From IMG/VR virus record IMGVR_UViG_3300045988_119195, positions 1 to 59,879 of that record: a stretch of 59,879 bases of DNA; one strand, written 5' to 3'. Each line of letters begins with the position of its first letter. Position 1 is the stretch's first letter. Positions 26,698-34,032 of the stretch are shown here, piece after piece. The notes below the pieces were generated by a model, which saw nothing but the letters and a program-made list of their open reading frames with translations, had not been told where the DNA came from and made no database searches. The translations under genes were made by a program, and so were the position numbers. This DNA comes from a virus.

Positions 26698-26808
26698 ATG
26701 GATAACCTCGACGCGCTGGATGCCGTCGAAGGCGTAGTTGTTGAAGGCGGTTTTGACCCCGAAACAGCAGAGGATGATGGTTGCGCTGGCGGTGCTTGCA
26801 AAATCTAA
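26698..26808 (+). CDS. 36-aa microprotein mimicking the C-terminal redox tail of class Ia RNR alpha subunit (ends DDGCAGGACKI)
   Basis: MDNLDALDAVEGVVVEGGFDPETAEDDGCAGGACKI stop. E. coli NrdA ends ..DDGCESGACKI (from memory). The start overlaps the stop of a 13-codon ORF (26664-26705), which is itself TAATG-coupled to the upstream gene. Confidence 0.5.
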   Translation: MDNLDALDAVEGVVVEGGFDPETAEDDGCAGGACKI

Positions 26809-26879
26809 ATCCTGAATCAACCGCTCGGTTTTAAAAGACTGGGCGGTTTAATACAAACACTTAGCATAAGGAAAATATC

Positions 26880-27581
26880 ATGATTATCGGTTTAGTTGGT
26901 AAAGCAGGCGTTGGTAAAGACACCGCTGCTCAAATTTTAAGCAAACTCAAAAACATGCCTATTGCATCTTTTGCACGGCCTTTACATGAAGCAGCCAAGT
27001 TCGTCTTCGGCGATGATTGCTTGGAGCGCGATAAGAAGGAGACACCAATGCCTTTCGATGTTGAAGGTTTTGACAAACTGCGCGAAGGCTGGCTGATTCC
27101 GTTCTTGAAGACTGAGGAAGTCCAGTCCATTACAAACGATGAGAAAATCTTTTACAACCTCATACGCCTTGTATTTATCGACAGCGAGGGTGATTGTACA
27201 TATCCAGCTCCATACGAGCAGTTATCACCGCGCAAATTCATGCAGTTGCTCGGCACTGAATATTTCCGTTTCTGTATGGATGACTTCTTCGTCCGTCTTA
27301 TGCAGAATTCATACAAAGACGTTATTATTCCCGACGTTCGCTTTGAAAACGAAGCCGCTATCTGCGACCTGTTGATTGGTATTCATCGTGACGTTCCTTC
27401 TGTGAACGGTCATGTCAGTGAGGAATTTGCTGACCTGCTTATTGAAGGCGAAGATGATGGTGAGAAAGGTGTAATTATGGTAGATGGCAATTGGGTCGAT
27501 TACCTGATTGTTCACAATACTCAGGATATTCTCAGCATGGAACAAAAACTGTTAAAACAATTCAATTTAGGCTATATTTAA
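26880..27581 (+). CDS. Deoxynucleoside monophosphate kinase-like P-loop protein
   Basis: N-terminal MIIGLVGKAGVGKDTAAQIL is typical of phage dNMP kinases. Confidence 0.65.
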   Translation: MIIGLVGKAGVGKDTAAQILSKLKNMPIASFARPLHEAAKFVFGDDCLERDKKETPMPFDVEGFDKLREGWLIPFLKTEEVQSITNDEKIFYNLIRLVFIDSEGDCTYPAPYEQLSPRKFMQLLGTEYFRFCMDDFFVRLMQNSYKDVIIPDVRFENEAAICDLLIGIHRDVPSVNGHVSEEFADLLIEGEDDGEKGVIMVDGNWVDYLIVHNTQDILSMEQKLLKQFNLGYI

Positions 27582-27595
27582 TACTCTATTAAATG

Positions 27596-27634
27596 AAGCA
27601 CTTAGCTCTATTTTACGGCTAAGTGCTTTTTAAT
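27596..27634 (+). terminator. Intrinsic terminator of cassette 1
   Basis: AAGCACTTAGC-11 nt loop-GCTAAGTGCTT followed by TTTTT. Confidence 0.8.
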
Positions 27635-27637
27635 TGC

Positions 27638-27666
27638 TTGACAATACTTAAGCGTATCGATATTAT
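27638..27666 (+). promoter_or_regulatory. Promoter of cassette 1
   Basis: TTGACA-N17-TATTAT, followed by the conserved CA-rich leader CAACCAACGACAAACAAAGGAA. Confidence 0.7.
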
Positions 27667-27702
27667 TCACTCATCAACCAACGACAAACAAAGGAAAAGA
27701 TT

Positions 27703-28095
27703 ATGGCCTACAACAAAGAAGCCCAACGGTTGTTTAAACAGCACAACCTCAAACTTCCGAAACTCATTAAGGATTATCGGGGTGTTCTATACTATGATGA
27801 CATCAGCCGAATGCTCGACCCTATGCCAGACAGTGAAGATAAAAAGCAATTAGTTCGGGTTTTGAACTGCAACGATGTTGGCTCAGTCAAGGCCGACAAG
27901 TACGGGAATCCTCGTTACATAATTCCAATTGAATACTTTGCAAAAGACGGTGTTGTTAACGAAAAGTTTGTACTCGGCTTGACCAAGGGCGTATTTAAGA
28001 AATACAACGGTTGGAGTGGTAAATATCTCGTGACAACAGCATCATCTCGTTACGAACTCCTGACAAAAGTAATCATGGTGTTGGGGCGTGATTAA
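27703..28095 (+). CDS. Hypothetical protein
   Basis: SD AAAGGAAAAG. 130 aa. Confidence 0.65.
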   Translation: MAYNKEAQRLFKQHNLKLPKLIKDYRGVLYYDDISRMLDPMPDSEDKKQLVRVLNCNDVGSVKADKYGNPRYIIPIEYFAKDGVVNEKFVLGLTKGVFKKYNGWSGKYLVTTASSRYELLTKVIMVLGRD

Positions 28096-28096
28096 A

Positions 28097-28348
28097 ATGG
28101 ATGAATACGAAATCATAGACCTTGTGAATAACTCTGTATTTTTGACGGAAGATATTCACGACAAAATAAACGAACTGTCAAGCAAATATAACTTCGTAAA
28201 CTGTGCTGAAGTCGGTATCAATGTTGAGACCGATAGCGATGAAGTAATTAAATTGATGGTTAGCGATTATTACCGACCCGATTACGTCGTTGGTTTCGCC
28301 GAAATCGACGATAAATTCTCTAAACTCATCATTCGAAAGGTGAAATAA
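28097..28348 (+). CDS. Hypothetical acidic protein
   Basis: ATG 28097, right after the upstream TAA. The track starts at GTG 28088. Confidence 0.6.
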   Translation: MDEYEIIDLVNNSVFLTEDIHDKINELSSKYNFVNCAEVGINVETDSDEVIKLMVSDYYRPDYVVGFAEIDDKFSKLIIRKVK

Positions 28349-28567
28349 ATGAAAGTAAATGCTCTGTATGCCATCAAAAACGTGGTGGTTTTCTTGATTC
28401 TTTTCTATGTCGATGCACAATTGCTCGACAAACTGTTCAGCGCAAAAGGCGTAAGCGATATTCTCGTGTTCCTCGTATCGCTCTTCTTTATGCTGGCAGC
28501 ACTGATTGTACATTCCCACTTTTTGTACGAAACTGTAACTCCTAAAAAGGAAGCCAAAAATGATTGA
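28349..28567 (+). CDS. Small membrane protein, two TM segments and a charged C-terminus (holin-like topology)
   Basis: VVVFLILFYV.. and ILVFLVSLFFMLAALIV.. segments, with C-terminal KKEAKND. Confidence 0.6.
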   Translation: MKVNALYAIKNVVVFLILFYVDAQLLDKLFSAKGVSDILVFLVSLFFMLAALIVHSHFLYETVTPKKEAKND

Positions 28568-29372
28568 ATGCCAAGTAATTGCCGACAGCATCATGGGTGG
28601 TACTCGTATTACCTCGGTGCAAGTCAAATACCCTCGCTTTATCCTGCCTCAACTGAACACCCATCGCGTATTCAGCCGCAGTACCGCATCAAGCCGTGCC
28701 GTGCCGACGACCAAGCTGATTGATATGGTTCGTAAAGAACCTGTTGTGCCCGTACACTGGGGTCAGAACCAAGCAGGCATGGTTGCCGAGCAGCAGTTAG
28801 ATAAAGGCCGTGCCGCTGCTGCTGAGAGTGTCTGGAGGGAGGCAGCCCATTTTGCTGCCAATACTGCTCAACTGCTCGCCGACATCGGCGTGCATAAGCA
28901 GGTTGTTAACCGTATTCTCGAACCGTTTATGTGGGCGGAAACCATCATCACCGCGACCGAGTGGGATAACTTCTTCAAACTGCGTATTGCCGATGACGCA
29001 CAGCCTGAAATTCAAGCACTGGCAAAAGCGATTAAGAAGGCAATGGATGAATCCGTTCCAGTTCAACGTCCGTGGCATCTCCCCTATTTGTCTGAGGATG
29101 AACTCAACGACAACAGCTTCTTAGGCAAATACACAAAGAAAGCGAAAATTTCAGCCGCACGTTGTGCCCGTGTATCGTACCTGAATCACAACAAACTGAA
29201 GCCGTCTGTCGATGAAGACCTGAAACTTGCCGACCGACTGATTGAAGCAGGCCACATGTCACCGTTCGACCATCAGGCATTGTTCAACAACGCGGAGGTA
29301 TATCGCAACGAAAACCGCAACTTCCGAGACTGGAAGCCGTATCGCGCAATCTTGGAAAGCAAAGGGGTGTAG
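28560..29372 (+). CDS. thyX: Flavin-dependent thymidylate synthase ThyX
   Basis: ThyX signature (R/T)HR..S....S.R present as THRVFSRSTASSR. Confidence 0.8.
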   Translation: MIECQVIADSIMGGTRITSVQVKYPRFILPQLNTHRVFSRSTASSRAVPTTKLIDMVRKEPVVPVHWGQNQAGMVAEQQLDKGRAAAAESVWREAAHFAANTAQLLADIGVHKQVVNRILEPFMWAETIITATEWDNFFKLRIADDAQPEIQALAKAIKKAMDESVPVQRPWHLPYLSEDELNDNSFLGKYTKKAKISAARCARVSYLNHNKLKPSVDEDLKLADRLIEAGHMSPFDHQALFNNAEVYRNENRNFRDWKPYRAILESKGV

Positions 29373-29374
29373 TG

Positions 29375-29677
29375 ATGAGCCGAAGTTTGAAATTACTGGC
29401 GTGCATGCTGTACGTTACGTTTGCGACAACAGCCTGTCACCCAAATGTGCAAACCCATGACGACAGTTTTGACAAAGAACGCTTTAACAAAAATGTTACG
29501 CGTGTTGCGGTTAGTAGTGTGCCGAACAAACCGTATGTCATGAATGAGTATGCAGTACGCTATGCCGATGACCGTCTCGTTCATTGTCTGGCACTGGAGT
29601 TCAAACCACCAGTGGGTTCTGCCCAACAAATCAGTCTGTCTTGCGACTGGGGACGGAGTACCTATGAAGGCAAATGA
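29375..29677 (+). CDS. Putative lipoprotein
   Basis: Signal-like LLACMLYVTFATTAC with a lipobox-like ..TAC. Confidence 0.55.
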   Translation: MSRSLKLLACMLYVTFATTACHPNVQTHDDSFDKERFNKNVTRVAVSSVPNKPYVMNEYAVRYADDRLVHCLALEFKPPVGSAQQISLSCDWGRSTYEGK

Positions 29678-30026
29678 TGATTGCGGCTGCGCTCGCCGTC
29701 AATTCACCGACGAATTATTCGGGGTGATTAACGACACCAGCAAACGCCAAATGGAATTGGAAGAGTATTTACTGCTTACATTCATCGAAGGCGGCACTGT
29801 TGACCTTGCGTGCCTAAGCTTCGGCGAACGCGTGAAACTCGACAGCCTCGGTGAAGAAGGCGTTATCTTCGCACCAGTGACAGGCCAGTTCCGTATGCAG
29901 CGTGTCTACTTTAAAGAGTTGTGCGCTCGCTACGTTAAGACTAAAATCGGTATGGCTTTAGTCGACAGATTTTTAAAACAACCCCTCACGGGTTTATATG
30001 GAGAAGACAATGAACGTCAAGATTAA
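29664..30026 (+). CDS. Hypothetical protein
   Basis: ATG 29664 with SD GGACGGAG. The track ORF from 29544 would overlap the lipoprotein gene. Confidence 0.55.
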   Translation: MKANDDCGCARRQFTDELFGVINDTSKRQMELEEYLLLTFIEGGTVDLACLSFGERVKLDSLGEEGVIFAPVTGQFRMQRVYFKELCARYVKTKIGMALVDRFLKQPLTGLYGEDNERQD

Positions 30027-30450
30027 GAAGATTCACCCCGACGCGAAAGTGCCTGTATACGGCAGCAAGGGTGCAGCATGTTTCGACCTGTATGCTGCAC
30101 GCATTATCGACACTGCTGACGATATTGAGCGCACCGTTACATACGGCACAGGTTTGCAATTCGAAGTACCAGAAGGCCATGTGATGATGATTTACAGCCG
30201 CAGTGGTCACGGTTTCAAAAACGGCATTACCTTAGTAAATGGTACGGGTGTAATCGATGCTGATTATCGCGGCGAAGTATGTGTCAAGCTGCGCAAACTA
30301 AACGTTAGCATCCACGGTATGCCAGCCGTCGGCGAACGCATTGCGCAGGCGATGATTATTCCTGTCGAACAGGTTGCCTTCGAAGAAGTCGACGAACTGT
30401 CAAGCACCGAACGCGGCGAAGGCGGCTTCGGTAGCACGGGAGTTAAATAA
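30010..30450 (+). CDS. dut: dUTP pyrophosphatase (trimeric dUTPase)
   Basis: GVIDADYRGEV and C-terminal ERGEGGFGSTG motifs. ATG 30010 with SD GGAGAAG (alternative start 29998). Confidence 0.9.
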   Translation: MNVKIKKIHPDAKVPVYGSKGAACFDLYAARIIDTADDIERTVTYGTGLQFEVPEGHVMMIYSRSGHGFKNGITLVNGTGVIDADYRGEVCVKLRKLNVSIHGMPAVGERIAQAMIIPVEQVAFEEVDELSSTERGEGGFGSTGVK

Positions 30451-30824
30451 TGACTTGTACCCAAGCGAAAACACTGAGCTACGGCCAGTACCACGCCGTC
30501 GTCGACGACAGTGCGGTAACTCTGCGCATCGGCTCGAATCCGAAAGACAGTCAGACTGTATTGGTTGTGCCGAATACCCATATTGACCAAGTGCGCCTGT
30601 TGCTCACCGACGCGGTTAAGCTCAAAAACCATCTGATTGGCATTGACAAAATCCGCAAATGCACCAACGTATCGGAGAAGGTTAAAGACTTGACTGACGA
30701 CGCATTGGTCGTGCTGATTACAGAAGCCCTTGTAGACCTGAATGCCGCTGCTGAGAAGCACGGCGTGTCTAAAGAAGACCTGTCTTGCGTGTTGCAGGTA
30801 TACGCCTCGCAGAATCAAGCCTAG
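30450..30824 (+). CDS. Hypothetical protein
   Basis: ATGA overlap with dut. 124 aa. Confidence 0.6.
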   Translation: MTCTQAKTLSYGQYHAVVDDSAVTLRIGSNPKDSQTVLVVPNTHIDQVRLLLTDAVKLKNHLIGIDKIRKCTNVSEKVKDLTDDALVVLITEALVDLNAAAEKHGVSKEDLSCVLQVYASQNQA

Positions 30825-30834
30825 TGCTTCCCCG

Positions 30835-30867
30835 ACCCATAGTGTAAACTATGGGTTGTTTTTTTTT
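30835..30867 (+). terminator. Intrinsic terminator
   Basis: ACCCATAG-loop-CTATGGGT followed by TTGTTTTTTTTT. Confidence 0.8.
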
Positions 30868-30887
30868 ACCAATAACGGGAGTAAGGC

Positions 30888-32564
30888 ATGTCTTGTGAAA
30901 TCGGATATGTGAAAGTTGACCTGCTCAAAGCACTCGGCATGAGTGATAGTCAGGCGATTAAGACGGCGATTGAATGCGCCGCAGCAACAAAGACCTTCAT
31001 CGAGTTCGGTGAAGGCACATACACCCTAGACGAACAGATTCGTATGGACGAACGCCATGCTGGTATCCGTGGTATCAAGGGTGCTGGTATGGGCAAAACC
31101 AACATCGTTTTCAACTGGGAGCAGCCTGAAAACTGGGACGCGAACACGAACAAAACAGATGCCCGTAAGTGGTGCGGTATCATCGTCGACGGCCTTCCAG
31201 ACGTAACACTGGAAGATTTCAGCATTGAATACAAAGGCACTTTCCACTGGAAAGGCGAGACCTATCGCGGTTCTGTCATGAATATTATGATGGTTGATAC
31301 TACCAACGGTCTGGTTCAGCGCGTAGAATCGAAAGGCTCTAACCGTATCGGTATCTTCTTCACCTCTCACAATGGTGAGGTTGTTGCTCTGGGTGAGCAG
31401 TTTAAGAAAGGTACTATTACCCTCGACCAGTTGCGTGAGGCGACTATTAAGGCCAGCGGCAACCGCGCTATCGAGTGTCACTCGCACCATAACCGCGTGG
31501 CTGGTATCGCCTACGCGTGGCAAAAAGACTTCCAAGCATTTAACAACTACTGTCACCATAACGGCCATGAAGCAAACGGCGGCACTGGTTATGGCATTAC
31601 CGCTCTGTCAGGCTCGTTGAATTTCGGCTTGAATAGCATGATTAAGGGTAACAAACTTGAGCGTAACTATCGCAAAGGTCTTGATTCCCATGATGCCGTT
31701 GACTTCATCGCCGAAGAGAACAACATCCTCGATAACCGCCTACATGGTTTTGCATACGAGAACCGCCAGTATCCAGTGGCCTACATCCGTCTTGTAAACA
31801 ACACTATCCACTTCGACGGTACGTTTGTACTTGAGCGTGATGAGAATGTTGCAGAAGGTGCGCAGTTAGACCTGAATATGGACTACTATCGTGAAAGCGG
31901 TATTCGCATCGAAATCAAGCAGCAACCATGGCAGCAATGGGTTACACAGGTCAATCCCGAAATCATCATCGAAGGTAACACGATTACGGGTATGAATAAA
32001 ATCGACACGATTCAGCGTGGTTCGTATTGGTGCATCGAGTATCGAAACAACGACCAAGAAGCCAAGCCAAACGTGAAGATTCGGAACAACCGAATCACTG
32101 GCAATGGTCGTCTGACTTCGTTCCTGTCTGCGTTTGCCAAAGCACCAGCTGTAAAATACGGCATGGGTGACTTCTTGTTCTCCGACAATATCATGGAATG
32201 CGAATATTGCGACGGCGTGCCTTTCTACGTTGAAGAGAACAGCAATGCTGCAAACGACCATTCTGTCATTATCGAAAACAACATCGTGAAGGTTACTTCG
32301 AAGAACACCGTCACCAAGGCTACGTCTTTGAAGGCCGCCGATAAACTGTTCTTCCGCAATAATCAGTTGCACTTGCCTGCTGATTTCGGTCGACCAACCT
32401 CACGCTTCTATGTGGGCAATCCTGCTGCACAAATCAGCTACACCGATAACGACATCTATACACAGTCTCTGATTAACCAAGTTCGTGCCAACTGGCTTGA
32501 TAACAGCGTGTCGGCGAATACGGTTATTCAGCGAAACAGGGTTCTTACAATAAATAATTTGTAA
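30888..32564 (+). CDS. Right-handed beta-helix (pectate-lyase superfamily) protein; candidate polysaccharide depolymerase / tailspike
   Basis: N-terminal D..AI..AI..A......F.EGTY pattern. Repeated NN.I.GN / N.I..N beta-helix rungs. Confidence 0.6.
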   Translation: MSCEIGYVKVDLLKALGMSDSQAIKTAIECAAATKTFIEFGEGTYTLDEQIRMDERHAGIRGIKGAGMGKTNIVFNWEQPENWDANTNKTDARKWCGIIVDGLPDVTLEDFSIEYKGTFHWKGETYRGSVMNIMMVDTTNGLVQRVESKGSNRIGIFFTSHNGEVVALGEQFKKGTITLDQLREATIKASGNRAIECHSHHNRVAGIAYAWQKDFQAFNNYCHHNGHEANGGTGYGITALSGSLNFGLNSMIKGNKLERNYRKGLDSHDAVDFIAEENNILDNRLHGFAYENRQYPVAYIRLVNNTIHFDGTFVLERDENVAEGAQLDLNMDYYRESGIRIEIKQQPWQQWVTQVNPEIIIEGNTITGMNKIDTIQRGSYWCIEYRNNDQEAKPNVKIRNNRITGNGRLTSFLSAFAKAPAVKYGMGDFLFSDNIMECEYCDGVPFYVEENSNAANDHSVIIENNIVKVTSKNTVTKATSLKAADKLFFRNNQLHLPADFGRPTSRFYVGNPAAQISYTDNDIYTQSLINQVRANWLDNSVSANTVIQRNRVLTINNL

Positions 32565-32583
32565 TTTAATACTCTGACAAATG

Positions 32584-32622
32584 AAGCACTTAGCTATATT
32601 TTACGGCTAAGTGCTTTTTAAT
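32584..32622 (+). terminator. Intrinsic terminator of cassette 2
   Basis: Same hairpin as cassette 1, followed by TTTTT. Confidence 0.8.
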
Positions 32623-32625
32623 TGC

Positions 32626-32654
32626 TTGACAATACGTATGCTTGAATATAATAT
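32626..32654 (+). promoter_or_regulatory. Promoter of cassette 2
   Basis: TTGACA then TATAAT (15-nt spacer) or TAATAT (17-nt spacer). Conserved CA-rich leader. Confidence 0.65.
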
Positions 32655-32690
32655 TTACACATCAACCAACAACAAACAAAAGGAACTGAA

Positions 32691-32954
32691 ATGGCTCTGA
32701 AATTTCTGAAAAATATGCTCGGTATTTCATCAAAAAGCAAAGGCAGTGGCGCACCCTTATATGGTAAAACCAAACATGATTTCCCACTCTAGCAGCACTA
32801 TAAAGGCGGTCTATATCGACTCTTGCTGGTAGCACGTTCAGAGGTGTCTGGTTTGGAGCAGGCTGTATACCGCTCTGAATCAACAGGTGTCGTTTATACG
32901 CGCCCAATGCGTGAGTTTAAAGACAAATTCAAAGCATTCGACGTGGGTATGTGA
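32691..32954 (+). pseudogene. DUF1653-like gene interrupted by an in-frame TAG (32790-32792) at the conserved Tyr position
   Basis: SD AAGGAA then ATG 32691. After the TAG the frame reads QHYKGGLYRLLLVARSEVSGLEQAVYRSESTGVVYTRPMREF, matching the DUF1653 pattern Y.HYKG..Y.....A.HSET.E..VVY......WVRP..MF. Confidence 0.6.
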
Positions 32955-32955
32955 T

Positions 32956-33258
32956 ATGAAATATAAAGATAAACTTGAGGTTATGTTCTGGCACGGCATT
33001 AATCGTGATGGTGTTACAGCAACACACCAAAGCACTTTGCGCGTGGAGATTGTGTCACCTTCCAGCGAACATGGCTTGGCTCGTATCATCATTGAGCATA
33101 CTCGTGAGGACGTTTGCCATCCAGTCACAGGCTACGGAACAGAAACTAATTATGCGTTTGCCGATTTAGCTGAAGAGGAACTCGATACCCTAATCGGCAT
33201 GTTGGAAACATGCAAATCTAAACTCAAAGAAGGAAATCAAAATGAAAGTAATCAATAA
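32956..33258 (+). CDS. Hypothetical protein
   Basis: ATG 32956, just after the DUF1653 stop. The track ORF from 32887 overlaps it. Confidence 0.55.
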   Translation: MKYKDKLEVMFWHGINRDGVTATHQSTLRVEIVSPSSEHGLARIIIEHTREDVCHPVTGYGTETNYAFADLAEEELDTLIGMLETCKSKLKEGNQNESNQ

Positions 33259-33820
33259 CAAACATCACTTCATGGTCGACTTAGAAACACTTTCGTCAGA
33301 ATCGAATGCACATATCCTTGAAACGGCTTTGGTTTGTTTTGACCCTGTATCTGGTGAAGTGTATAAGCATGGCACATTTCATGTACGTCATGGCTTGGAT
33401 AAACAAGCAGGTGCTATTATCAGCGTAGAAACTCTTGAGTGGTGGTATAAAACAAACCGTGGTTATCTTGCCAAATTACTGAATCCCAAAGACGAGGATA
33501 AAGAGGTTCTGGCCTCCACGTTACATCGAATGCAAGCTCTGTTTGACGACGCTCGCGGCGATGGCGGTCTCCTTGTATGGAATACAGGTATGTTCGACGT
33601 GGAATTACTCAACAACGCTTTCAAACGCATTATCAACCCAAACATGACGTTGATTAATTTCTGGGAAGTTCGTGATTGTCGCTCACTCCGAACAATCGGG
33701 GATATGTTCCCTCGTTTGCAGCAAACAGTACCTGAAGCAACGCACAATGCCTATGAAGACTGTATTCGTCAAATCGGGTATATTACCGACGTTACTCAAT
33801 ACTTGGCTAAACAGGACTAA
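33242..33820 (+). CDS. DEDDh 3'-5' exonuclease (Rv2179c-like)
   Basis: Motif I VDLETLS, internal WNTGMFD, motif III HNAYEDC. Confidence 0.7.
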   Translation: MKVINNKHHFMVDLETLSSESNAHILETALVCFDPVSGEVYKHGTFHVRHGLDKQAGAIISVETLEWWYKTNRGYLAKLLNPKDEDKEVLASTLHRMQALFDDARGDGGLLVWNTGMFDVELLNNAFKRIINPNMTLINFWEVRDCRSLRTIGDMFPRLQQTVPEATHNAYEDCIRQIGYITDVTQYLAKQD

Positions 33821-33821
33821 C

Positions 33822-34010
33822 ATGGCTACAACAATGAAACGCTTATCGCGGAATGACATCAAGGTATTCCGTAGTAATTTTGACAGACGCAATGCTGTCA
33901 TGCACGGCGGTATTTCTTACCCGAAACCGCTACCCAAATCGGTGATTGCTCGCCGAACCCAGCGTCAAGTTGAGATGCGCTTTAAGCATCGTGACGAAGA
34001 CGATATTTAA
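33822..34010 (+). CDS. Hypothetical basic 62-aa protein
   Basis: ATG 33822 follows the upstream TAA by 1 nt. Confidence 0.5.
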   Translation: MATTMKRLSRNDIKVFRSNFDRRNAVMHGGISYPKPLPKSVIARRTQRQVEMRFKHRDEDDI

Positions 34011-34032
34011 CTTACCAAAGAAAGGTTCTACC

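Noticed and set aside
26664-26705. 13-codon ORF MSTEQKGRYVRYG as a gene.
   Set aside because: It is too short and has no features. I interpret it as a coupling or leader ORF feeding ribosomes to the microprotein start.
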